Assembly: GCF_006345805.1 (NCBI RefSeq)
Contig: NC_043003.1
Span: 43,586,001-43,650,000, forward strand
Reading direction: 5' to 3'
DNA: 64,000 nucleotides
Source of the DNA: Octopus sinensis
Lineage: Eukaryota
Shown here piece by piece: positions 1 to 10,983 of the stretch; position 1 is the first letter of the stretch; every line of letters begins with the position of its first letter. The notes beneath the pieces were generated by a model that was not told the DNA's origin, made no database searches, and saw only the letters and a program-made list of their open reading frames with translations. Made by a program: the position numbers and the translations under genes.

Positions 1-955
1 GGTTAATATAACCCGATTCCATTCGGGTCTACTAGGGCCACATTTTATAAGATGAGGAATTTTGTCCTAGAGGTGACGCCTTTCATTTGAGGAAAAAAAT
101 AGTTGTCATGCAAACTTGCCAGCACTTTTAATATAGGTGTGCATATTTTCAGCTGACCCGACCGACTACGTAATGCACACATTATATATATATATATATA
201 TATATATGAGTGTGTGTGTGTGTGTGTGTGTGCACGCATTATATATACAAATTATATATATATATATATGTATAAATTAAATTAGAGATAAAACCACTAA
301 TAGGCAAATCAAACAGTGAAAAACGAAAAACAAAAACATAAAAATAAAAATATAATATAGAAAATATATAAAATATAAAATTGAAAAATTTAAATTATTT
401 AAATTTAAAATAAAAATTATAAATTATATTTATAATTTGTTTAAAAATATATATAACTATGAAAAAGTATTAAAAATTTTAATATACATAAATACAGATA
501 TATACACTTTGTATATATACATTATATATATATATATAGAACACACACACACACATAAATGAACGCAAGATATATCTGATTCATAATATTTGTTCTCATG
601 CTCGTGTGTTGTTGGTGGCGATGATAATTCTCTCTATGAATGCAGACAGATACATAAAAGAACGCCGAAGTGATGGGAAGGTAGGAAACAGAGTGAGTGA
701 AAAAGTGCCGGAAAGAGAGGAAATAGCGAGAGTGAGTTGAGGAAGACAGATACATTAAAGAACGTGAGTGGACTTGTCAAAGTGGGTTTTTGGCCCTTGC
801 AACGATACCTTTTAAGATAGGGATTTCTAAGGTAGCCCACGGGCATCGTCACCTCATTTTACATATCACTGTAAATTTTGGAGTGAATCCGACGGGATGT
901 AGTGGTCTTGAAAGCGATCCAAGCGGTAAAAACGCATTTCAGTTTTATATATATA
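1..955 (-). mobile_element. 5' portion of a non-autonomous Helitron-like element running off the window start
   Basis: Blocks near 11-40, 280-360 and 690-950 match 4050-4080, 4120-4200 and 4370-4660 (e.g. AAGATAGGGATTTCTAAGGTAGCCCACG). Both homologies stop at the same point, CATTTCAGTTTT followed by (AT)n. The canonical 5'-TC is not visible. Confidence 0.55.
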
Positions 956-1888
956 CCAGCTGAAGGTGACCCGCTCTACGTGCGGGTAAGAGCGTGGTAT
1001 ATATATATATATAAATGTATACAAATGATATATATATATATATATATATATAAATACAGATATATGCACTTTGTATATATAAAAATTATTATATATACAT
1101 ATTTATATATAGATACACACACACACATATATAAATTAACCCAATAAATATCTGATTCATAATATTTGTTGTCATGATTGAGTGGTGGTTGTGGCGATGA
1201 TAACTCTCTCTATGGATGCAGACAGACGTAGAGAGTGAGAGTGTGTGAAAGCGCTGTGGAAGGCAGGGAGGGGGGATAACGGACGCTGTGAAACGACGTT
1301 ATAGATAGAAATTGAAAGGAAGGGAGAAAAGTGAGTGAGTGATGGAGGAAGACAGATACATAAAAGAATGACAGTGTTGGATGTTTTGTTTGTTGGACCA
1401 ATGTATTAAGGTAGCATTGTTTTATTGTTTTAAGACGAAAGAGGCAATGTGTTTGTTTCAAAAATAAAAAAATCTGTAATAGTGAATGAAATTAGAATTC
1501 ACACCCAGCTCAGTTTTGTAGAAAGGGTATCACGACGTGAACTCATGAGTTGGGAGTTTGACTGAGAGAGTTTATATGGTGACACATGCCAGTCCTTTCG
1601 ACACCACCTAAACAATGGAATAGTGTATAAAATGTAATAAACAACTCATTCACTTTATGAATGTATTATGTTAGCGAAGAAACAATAACTTGACAAAACC
1701 GTTTAATGGAGACGTAGAAGGAATCGGAAAATGAGGAATAAAGAGAATGAGTTGGATCAAATGTTTGCAAACATCTGAACCCAATGTTCTTTATGGACCA
1801 TGTTCTTTTTAATGTCTTTATTTTCAAGAATGAAGAGATAATGAAGAGGTGCAAAATAAAAAATCAAGCAAAATTTCTTGACTTACAA

Positions 1889-3289
1889 TCAGTTTTCTTT
1901 TGTCAGAGCCTCCTGATAAACCACGTTCCTTGTGCGCTCATGATTGCCAAGAATGAAGAGTTTATGTGGATTTCCAACTCGAGAACAGGCTACGTACAAT
2001 TGACCATGACTGAAAACCGGTTGTGACAGGTTAATGCCTACAATGTCCAGTGATTGTCCCTGTGATTTGTTGATTGTCATCGCGAAGCATAGTTTTATCG
2101 GAAATTGAAAGCGTTTAAACTGAATGGGAACATCAGAGGGTGAAATACTCATTTTATGTATCATCTTGATTGTTCCTACAAATGGTCCACTCAAAATTTC
2201 AGCAGTTATAACATGGCTTTGAATCCTCCTTACAAGCATTCGGGTTCCATTGCATATTTCAGGCGTTTCCATATTTCTGAGCACCATGATTGGAGCACCA
2301 ACTTTCAAACACAAATGATGAGGTGGAAGTCCCGGAGGTGTTAGCTTGTTGAGTAGCTCGGGTGGATATTTGACTGCATCATTCTCATCTTTATTTGTAT
2401 CGATGGACATGAAAGAAACTATCTCACCAGGAATCATATCAAGTACTTGTTTATTTGTAGCATCAGCTGTTGTATTATGAGGCGATAGAATAGCTCTTGC
2501 TCTTAGCCAATCGAGATCCTGGAAGTTGGTTTCGACGTCAGGTAAAACGGCTCTTATAAGTTCCTCTACATTTGGAACGAAATTCCCAAAAGGCAACCGA
2601 ATATGCTCATCATCAACGAAAGGCAAAACTCCATCACCAAGATCTAATAGGTGTCTTGCGAAAGCCTCAGACTCCACATCACCATGTAGGTGGACTCTCA
2701 TGTTTGTTTGAAGATGGCGACTGATAACACTGTGCCACACATAAGAATGCTTTATACATGCATTAACCTCATCGGCTCTAGTGCCTGCTCGGACAACAGG
2801 AAGAGTTTGTCGAAAATCTCCTGCCATGAGAAACGTAGCTCCACCCATTATTTTTGTATTGTGACGCAAATCTTGGAGAGTTCTGTCAAGAGCCTCAAAC
2901 ATGGCCTTATTACTCATTGTAGTGTCATCCCAAATAAAAAGACTGCATTCACGAAGAAGTCTTGCTCTTGAGGAACTACGATCTATATTACATATAGGAT
3001 TATCTTTCTTTCCAGTGTCCATGGGCAATTTGAATGCACTATGTGCCGTACGGCCGCCTTGAAGCAGTGTCGCTGCAATACCACTTGAGGCACATGCAAA
3101 GGCAATTCGACGTTCAGCGCGCAGCTTTGCGAGAATCAAATTGATAACAAAAGTTTTACCAGTACCACCTGGAGCATTCAAAAAGAAAAGCTTTCCTTGG
3201 TTCAATCTAACGCTGTCAATAATTTCTTTATTAATCTCTCTTTGTTCAGGCAAAAGTATTGGTTCATCTCGCGTAATTGTTTCCGTCAA
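1889..3289 (-). CDS. PIF1-family (SF1B) DNA helicase domain of a Helitron RepHel protein, open for 466 codons with no ATG at the frame start
   Basis: Walker A APGGTGKT, Walker B-like FIWDDTTM, GDFRQTLPVV, QFPIKLCFAMTINKSQGQSL, HGQLYVACSRV. Confidence 0.9.
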   Translation of the reverse strand: MTETITRDEPILLPEQREINKEIIDSVRLNQGKLFFLNAPGGTGKTFVINLILAKLRAERRIAFACASSGIAATLLQGGRTAHSAFKLPMDTGKKDNPICNIDRSSSRARLLRECSLFIWDDTTMSNKAMFEALDRTLQDLRHNTKIMGGATFLMAGDFRQTLPVVRAGTRADEVNACIKHSYVWHSVISRHLQTNMRVHLHGDVESEAFARHLLDLGDGVLPFVDDEHIRLPFGNFVPNVEELIRAVLPDVETNFQDLDWLRARAILSPHNTTADATNKQVLDMIPGEIVSFMSIDTNKDENDAVKYPPELLNKLTPPGLPPHHLCLKVGAPIMVLRNMETPEICNGTRMLVRRIQSHVITAEILSGPFVGTIKMIHKMSISPSDVPIQFKRFQFPIKLCFAMTINKSQGQSLDIVGINLSQPVFSHGQLYVACSRVGNPHKLFILGNHERTRNVVYQEALTKEN

Positions 3290-3830
3290 ATCGGCAATGT
3301 TGTAGTTTTTTTTTCTGACATGTATTCAACATCCAAAGGCGCTTCATGATGGACAGGTGTTGGCAGATGGAATTCACTTAAACCGCGTATAACATAGCGT
3401 CTGATGTGTCTGTCCATGTCGATTAATGCCTCATTATAAACATCGTCGTTGCCATCACGTAGCGCTAAATTAGCCTGTATGTCCTTTGATAGGCTCTGTC
3501 TGAACGATTCCCAAAGGTTAAGATGGTTGCTGGGATTACAGTGGATTAATATGCTACAAAACAATCGACGCATTTGCCATGGCAGTTTACAATTTGAGGC
3601 CTCTGCTAATGTCCTGTGTAAGTGAAGAAGTCCGCGCCTCAAACATGCTTCCCTGTAATTGGCGCAGATGATACCATCAATCGTGCGAAGATCAGCAAAA
3701 GACTTCGGTCCAGTAACTACATGAAGTAGCATTCTCAAAAAGAAGATTTCCTGTTTGGTAGGATGAATATTATACACACGTCCAATGACGTTCTTCCTAG
3801 AAACACCGGGCGCGACAAAAGAGAGAGCTC
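3290..3830 (-). pseudogene. Helitron RepHel linker region upstream of the helicase, out of frame with it
   Basis: IGRVYNIHPTKQEIFFLRMLLHVVTGPKSFADLRTIDG...YREACLRRGLL and MRRLFCSILIHCNP are typical Helitron inter-domain motifs. The frameshift falls in the T9 run at 3306-3314. Confidence 0.8.
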
Positions 3831-4205
3831 GAGAAAGAAAAGGTGATATATGAAAGAGAGGACGGGAAAATGAAATATTTTGCAATGTAAACATGATTTG
3901 TTTTAAGAGAAAGATTGTCATGATTGTGTGTTGGTGGTGGCGATGATAATTATCATTAGGAAAAAGAATGAGTGAGTGAGGAAGACATAAGAATACATAA
4001 GTTGTGGCGATGATAATTGTAGACCCCTTTTCACATTTTGATGAAGAGAACCCGATTTCATTCGGGTGTACTGGGGCCACATATAGGTGTGTGTGTGTGT
4101 GTGTGCACGCTGTAGAAATTAAATTAGAGATAAAACCACTAATAGGGAAATGAAACAGTAAAAAACCCAAAACAAAAACATAAAAAAAATATAATATTAG
4201 ATATA

Positions 4206-4255
<50 letters not shown>

Positions 4256-4832
4256 GACAGGTAGACAATAGAATGCGATGGCGATGGCGATGGCGATGTA
4301 ATATTTGTTTCTGTCTATGAACGCTAATAGATACATGAGTAAAATGTGTGGGAAGCTAAGAGATAAGAGTGAGTGAAAATGTTCTTGGAAGAGAGGAAAT
4401 AGCGAGAGAGTGATTTGAGGAAGACTTTACATAAAATAACAGTAGTGGACTTGTGAAATGAAGATGAGTGAGAGGGTACTGGAGGAAATAGGGTGAGTGA
4501 GGAAGATGGCCCCTAGCAACCACACCTTTTAAGATAGGGATTTCTAAGGTAGCCCACGAGCATCGTCACCTCATTCTACATATCCCTGTAAATTTTGGAG
4601 CGAATCGGACGGGAAGTAGTGGCATTGAAAGCAATCCAGGCGGTAAAAACCCATTTCAGTTTTATATATATATATATATATATATATACATAACGAGGTT
4701 ATGAGAGTTATTGGTATCTAGAAGACCCAAAGAGTGTAAGTAAATGCTATGGCCAGACTGTAGTTAAACTCTTGGTTCGATAGTGATACGAGTGAGTATT
4801 CTAATGTGTGCCTTGTATTAGCATGCATATAT

Positions 4833-4997
4833 ATGTTAGAGAAAATGAGATAACAAACCCAAGGGTGTGAGTAGTTTCCAGGACATTTACAAGAAAATAC
4901 TCTTACAGGCTGTTTCGGGAATATTATGGATTCTCATGGGATATTCACAATATCGCGGGCACAGCTGTCTTGGCTTTGTTATCTCATTCTCTGTCAC

Positions 4998-4999
<2 letters not shown>
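4833..4999. mobile_element. Small MITE with about 30-bp imperfect terminal inverted repeats
   Basis: Left ATGTTAGAGAAAATGAGATAACAAACCCAAG versus reverse complement of right ATGTGACAGAGAATGAGATAACAAAGCCAAG. TA dinucleotide runs flank both sides. Confidence 0.6.
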
Positions 5000-5063
<64 letters not shown>

Positions 5064-7899
5064 GTAAATAAATATATAAGTACATATACATATGTGTGTG
5101 TATACAGAGAGAGAGTGACAGACAGACAGACAGAAACATAGATTGATATAAATCTCACAATACAAGAAACACGACTATGAGCACTTATGAAATACAGAAG
5201 CGAAATGGAAACTTATATACGTATGTATGTATGTATATATGTACGCGCGCGCGTGTGTGTGTATGTGTGGAGGGAGAGTGTCTGTGAGAAACTTCCTGTC
5301 TGTTTGTGAGCGTGACACTTTTTAGAGTCGTTCACGTCACAAAATTAAAGCTAATACATATTTCTTTGGAACTAACAGAGGTAATGTTAACTAACGTAAT
5401 ATTTGATTGGTATCTAATTGATTTAATGTGTAGTTTTGGTGTATAAATTTCATAAAACTGATCAGGTAATATGTGATATTCGGGATTGAATGTTACTTGA
5501 ATCGCTACGCTCTTTTGAGCACAAATTGTTTTCAATAGTTGCTGTATTTCAAAATAATTGTTTCTTCTACACATCTCGCAGGTATAATAGCTTCATTTTC
5601 AAGTCTGTATCGCTGGAGCTGATAAGGAATGAGTTGCTACCAAATTTCAGTAGCTTTTACGTATTTCGGTAAGATGTTAATTCTTATTTTCTTCGAAAAA
5701 ATTTGACAGCGTACCAGAAAACATAAATCATTTTGTTATTAATCAGAATATCTTGCCTAATGTGTTTTTTACATTATCATTCTTATTAGCTCATGATTGA
5801 ATTAAGATAATTATACATCAGTAGTTAAAAAGAATTGTGTAATAATTCAACCATCAAATGTGCAAATATTTTAAGTTGCACTTGCAAATTATTTCCAAAT
5901 ACACAATAACATATAAGTAATAAGTGAAGTGCATGAAATCATAAATTCCGTTTAATCTTTTAGTTATTTCTATCAACTAAATACGCAATAATAATTTCAT
6001 GGCATTCTTTTTGTCCCATTCAGACTGGCGGAAATAAAATGCTTGGGATTTGGTATAAACATCTGTGGAACAATGTGTATACTAACATTGTAGTTCTTAG
6101 TACCGCTTGGTTTCCGGTCATACTCACTCGACCGGGTATATATTTTTCCATACCGAACACTATCGTGTTTTAAATGAAGACAGTGGGAAAGGAAGTCGGG
6201 AATTTGATATTTGAGAGTTAAAATGTCCACCCACAATACAATCTGCAGAATCTCCCACACTGGAAAAGGAAATTAGGCAAAATCAAAATGATCCATTAAT
6301 TACTATAAGGTTGAAAACTTCTTGAAAAGGAGGCCCTACTGAAAATAGTGGACTATTCGTCTTGAATGCATTTTATCATAACTGTTCCATCGGGTCAGAA
6401 TTGTGTCTCAGCTGCTACCAAGGCATGATTATAATTGATGTTTATGAAAATATCTAATACGGAATACGCTTCAGAAACTAGAAGTAATCGAGCAGATGGT
6501 ACATGCAGAGGTAGGATCGTCAGTAAAGGGGTTCTTTGTCTCAAAAGACAAGAACTGGTATCAACGTGAGATTTAAAAAAAAATGTGTCAGAATGGTGTT
6601 TGAAGACTGTGCGACACGATGGCCTCTACTTTCAATGCTTGGTTGCTTTTGTTGTATCTTGATAACTAATGAGAATATATTATCAAAATATTGCAAAATT
6701 TTGACTGAACACAATACTTCATTTCCCTTAATACTTAAAATAAAAGCTTTAAAACTAAAATGAAGATCTCTGCTTCTTTCTCTAAGTTGTATATATTGTA
6801 ACATTCGGGAAAAAAAACTGAGTGTAACAATTACTGAAGTTACTTTGTGTTTAGTTTTTAAACTGATGTGCGACTCCTCTACTTCGTTCTCTGTCCTATA
6901 AGCAAACTGTTCATTATTATCTTGAGGTACAAATCAGTTCCACAATTAGTTATGTTTCACTTTACTAGGCTTCTTAAATTAAATATTTCATGTTTTGTAT
7001 CCAATTATTTTTCGTTTTTGGTGATTTCGACAAACTTGCCGAGAAATAACTGGAAATGCTTCTCTTTTTTATTACTTATATCTCTATTAATTAGTTGAAT
7101 GTCTTCTCATTGGCGCATGTTTGGTTACTATCATACATGTTATTTAGCATTTTCGAAACTTTTGCACGTGATGTTGGAATATATTGTTTTCTGGTTGTTT
7201 CTCTCACAGAAAAATATTTCTAGTCATTCTGTGATAGCTACTCTCTTTCTAATTTAGCATTATTATAAATCAGATTTCATTAGCAAAATTGACAAATATA
7301 TATGCTATGTGTCTTCCAGCTTTATTGTTCTGCTTAAATAGGAACACGTAATTATAATTAGGTGTGATTCATGATATTGTAAAACTATAATTATACTTGT
7401 ATCTTTATATAGACATTCGGAATTTGGTGTAGATTCACAGATATAGTGTTCGTATATTTTAAGATGAATGTTCGCATCCAAAACGACACGCTATCCTCTG
7501 CCTTAAAATGCATTTTCTCCTGTTTAAACAAAACAATGATGAGCAAAAGGTATATATTTCAGCAAATAAAAGAAACGTCGTGCAAATGACTTGTTACGTA
7601 TAAATGTCATATAGCCTATGTAGATATAGTTACCTGTATTGTAATATTTTCACACTTCTATCAATCAAGCTAAAATTAGCAACGTTTTATATCGCTGAAC
7701 AACGTGGTTAATATCTTGTTCGAGTCAGATATATTAATAGATAGAAATTGGATAACGCAAAGAGCTGCGGTGGGACACCTCGAACCAGAATTTGTCTGAG
7801 AAGGTATCAATGAGAAATCAATCAGAAAAATGTATCATAATCTATGAAATACTTTCAGTATCACCACAATTTTCGAAGATAAACTTTTTTAATTAACCC

Positions 7900-8140
7900 A
7901 GTAATTTAAGACTATTGAGAACTGTTTTGAACTTCGCAATGTTATTACATTTGATCCATTGTTTAATTTTAATTCCTCCCCAAAACATACGAAAAGGTAT
8001 GAAAATTTTACTTTCATCAACTTTTCAAGCAGCTATATCTTGGAATCTGCCTGACATCAGGGTTCTGAAATATTGTGTAATTTTCACTCTTATTTCCAGC
8101 ACAATTCTGGTGCTGATTAATAGCTTTTGTGATTTTAGCA
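7900..8140 (-). mobile_element. Possible highly decayed Penelope-like endonuclease fragment
   Basis: Minus frames give QNPDVRQIP and KFKTVLN, resembling RDPEVRQIP and KFELKLN in the 17.6-18.0 kb Penelope remnant. The GIY-YIG motifs themselves are not recognisable. Confidence 0.3.
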
Positions 8141-8167
8141 TTTAAAATTGCGGATAAGACACCCACG

Positions 8168-8174
8168 TTATATA

Positions 8175-8262
<88 letters not shown>

Positions 8263-8266
8263 TATG

Positions 8267-8326
<60 letters not shown>

Positions 8327-8400
8327 TACATACATATATATATATATATATTATATATATATATATATGCATATATATAAAATTTACATAATTACATATA
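8168..8400. repeat. Interrupted (TA)n microsatellite
   Basis: Direct reading. It is the source of the YIYI ORFs. Confidence 0.95.
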
Positions 8401-8559
8401 TATGTATTCACATACATATGCATGTCCATGTATTAAATCTCCCATCCTTGATATGTATTTGCTATGTTTAATGCGTACACTATCTTACACACACACGTAT
8501 TTTTCTTAAGTTCGACATAAGAACTATTATTAAGTCACTTGCAATGGATTAGTAGGACA

Positions 8560-8955
8560 TACGAACCCTTACTACGATCGAGCTGAATCACAATGACCTT
8601 TTTATATGCACAGTCTGTGACAGACCATGCATTCCTTTTGCTGTGCTCAAATTCCATTTGCGAATCCATGGAAAACGAATATCCACCAAATATTATGCCT
8701 ATATGTCTGTGCATCCCTTTTAATCCAATGTGTGCCAGCAGGTCTACAAATCCAACGGAGGCCTTAAAAGGCATTTTAAGATCCATAAAGATCAGAACTT
8801 AACTGCAGCTCTTAGTGGACCAGATCGGATATTTACTCTATTTGAGTGCATTTTCAAAACAATGTCTGGTTTTAAAAGCCACATTAAATGGCATGATGGT
8901 TCTAGGTGTAGGTGCAGGAGGTGCCCAAACTATGCATCAGGAGTAGACAACCACC

Positions 8956-8975
<20 letters not shown>
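8560..8975 (+). mobile_element. 3' end of a LINE (RTE-like) encoding three C2H2 zinc fingers, degenerate
   Basis: CTVCDRPCIPFAVLKFHLRIH (8607-8669, complete Cx2Cx12Hx3H), then CQQVYKSNGGLKRHFKIH and FKTMSGFKSHIKWH. Spacers are long with no TGEKP linkers, and the unit ends in a short UTR plus (TA)n. Confidence 0.5.
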
Positions 8976-8986
<11 letters not shown>

Positions 8987-9484
8987 TATTGACATGTAAC
9001 TTACACTAGTCGAATGACGGCCATGTTAGAGTTTGTACAGTATATACATCATATAAAATATGTATTAATCTCAAGTCACAAAATACAATGCATGACAAGA
9101 TGCATAAATGTAAAAATGCGATCTAAAATGTGAAACGATTTTAAAATTTATGACCTAATATGAACAAATTTTCAGATATAACGATACGAGTTTATGTGAA
9201 AGTGAATGTAAACTTTATAGTTAAAATTGTGTATTTTCATTTCGGTTTATTGTTTACAAAATCACTGAAGGATAATACAATCTATATTTCTGTTTAGCAT
9301 TAGAACAGCACATGCCTGTATACCAATAAAGGTGTGTGCACTTGTGGAACCCAAGCTAAATGAGCAATAATAAAAATAATACTCAGAGGTACTATTTCTA
9401 CTGCTACGGCCACTACTACTCACGACAATAATAGCACTAACAACAATAGCAGGAAAAAAACTAAGAGAATATTCAGAAAAATTA

Positions 9485-10010
9485 ATCTTATTTAGGGTTC
9501 ATTTACCACAGCTACTCCTACCACCACCACCACCAACGACAGCAATACTAAAGATGATTATAATAGAATTGTAAAAATCCTTGGGAATTGTTGTTTACAA
9601 CATTTGCAAAAATAGCCAAACAATTACTGCTTTGGCCAGGGTCAAAATACAGATCTCTTGACATGTTTATCTAAGCGTAACGCCTAAACCAAGCACCAAA
9701 CAACTTCAGTAATTTTGTAAAGCCACACACTGACTGCTTAATATAGTTTGCAAAACGTAACAGTCTGGACTCTATACAAATGAATTTAAGGCACATATTT
9801 TAGACATCTCGCTATAATTGTAAATTGTAAAACATAACTGTCACCATTAGTATATGGACCTGAAGATTGCTTGATTTAAGGCGTGAAAGCACTAGTTCAA
9901 TCAGAATGGACACTTAATATTCTATCATTTCATTAAATTATAATATCATATATTATATCATTATTAGATTGTAAATAAAACGTGAAAATCAAAGTTGGAA
10001 TGTCTTTGAG
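9485..10010 (+). mobile_element. Solo Penelope-like 3' region / pseudo-LTR
   Basis: Collinear homology with 18065-18600, which directly follows a GIY-YIG endonuclease. Shared blocks include GGCCAGGGTCAA, CTCTTGACATGT, ACGCCTAAACCAA and ACTAGTTCAATCAGAATG. Confidence 0.7.
9855..9899 (+). ncRNA. Minimal type I hammerhead ribozyme motif
   Basis: Stem I UGGAC (9855-59) with GUUCA (9895-99); core CUGAAGA (9860-66); weak stem II (9867-84); GAAA (9885-88); stem III AGCACU; predicted cleavage after CUA at 9894. Confidence 0.65.
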
Positions 10011-10756
10011 TAAATATATAACGAAAAATTAAATGTAGATATAAATTAAATTACTTATACATTAAATTTAGTTAATTAGTGTATATATATAAATCCTGTT
10101 TTATGTTACTAATTGTTGTAGTTATAATTTGTAGTAGTAAAAAATATATAAATTACCACGGGATTATGTAAACTATATTATATAAGTAGGAAAAGGGTGA
10201 AAATTAGATGTTTATAAAATAAATAAATTAATTAATGAAAATAGATTAAATTATGGAGTTTTAGCTGAATTTATGTTTATTATATCATGTATTTTCCGAA
10301 TTTAGTATTTAAATTATTTAGATTTTACAAATTTTCCAGTTAATAGTATATAAAATTATTCCTGATTTCATTGTTTTTACAGCTAAAATACATTTATAAT
10401 TTTAAAAGCTTAAATACATATGTCTATTTATTTCTTCTATAAACTCTATTTACGCCATATTTGCATGCGATATATTTCTTATAAACGCTACGTTCGACGT
10501 TTTGCGTTTAAATATTTAGTTAACGAAAATGCTTCGACAAGATAAGTTATATTTTTATTTTAAGAAATGCTGTTAAATGCCTTTCGATTATTTATAGTTA
10601 ATACACGTATTTTTAAATATATTTATTTGATAATTGGTATCAGTTTATGCTATTATTACTTTTATTATTTTATTCATTATCATAGAGCTTATGACTGACT
10701 ATATTTTTAAATAGAATTAATTTTAGTTCGATTTAATTTTAAATTGAATAGATTTT

Positions 10757-10763
10757 ATTATTA

Positions 10764-10818
<55 letters not shown>

Positions 10819-10917
10819 ATTATTATTCAGATCACTACCTCGAATCGAAATCTGAGTCTTGGGGTTAAGAGCACGGGCTGCTAACCCCGAAATTCAGAGT
10901 TCGATTCGAGGCAGTTG

Positions 10918-10981
<64 letters not shown>
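10757..10981. mobile_element. tRNA-derived SINE fragment fused to an inverted copy of its own 3' half (foldback), with (TTA)n and (TAA)n arms
   Basis: 10822-10872 is the reverse complement of 10877-10926 with scattered mismatches around a 4-nt loop. The right part has tRNA-like GGTTAAGAGC, an anticodon arm GGG-CTGCTAA-CCC and a B-box GAGTTCGATTC. Confidence 0.75.

Positions 10982-10983
<2 letters not shown>

Larger units (their letters stand above)
956..4680 (-). mobile_element. Helitron, internally deleted (no Rep/HUH domain seen)
   Basis: Contains RepHel linker and helicase coding sequence. The minus-strand 3' end has a hairpin ACCCGC-acgtaga-GCGGGT (987-969) followed by CTGG (959-956) and then T. 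The 5' region is homologous to the neighbouring element at 1-955. Confidence 0.75.

Noticed and set aside
5332-6260. Minus-strand ORFs 5332-5574 and 5997-6260, with a good acceptor at about 6262 and a GTGAGT donor at about 6127
   Set aside because: No recognisable domain and no consistent frame across the region; splice-like signals alone are common.
8560-8975. Host C2H2 zinc-finger gene exon
   Set aside because: No TGEKP linkers, frames are broken, two fingers lack a Cys, and the unit ends like a retroposed tail.
10861-10921. tRNA-Ser(GCT)-like gene
   Set aside because: The 5' acceptor strand and half the D-arm are missing and it ends in a (TAA)n tail, so it is a SINE head.
10859-10981. 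N-terminal part of the 346-aa ORF including poly-Asn
   Set aside because: It starts at a TTG inside the SINE and reads through the (AAT)n array; not part of the retrotransposon protein.
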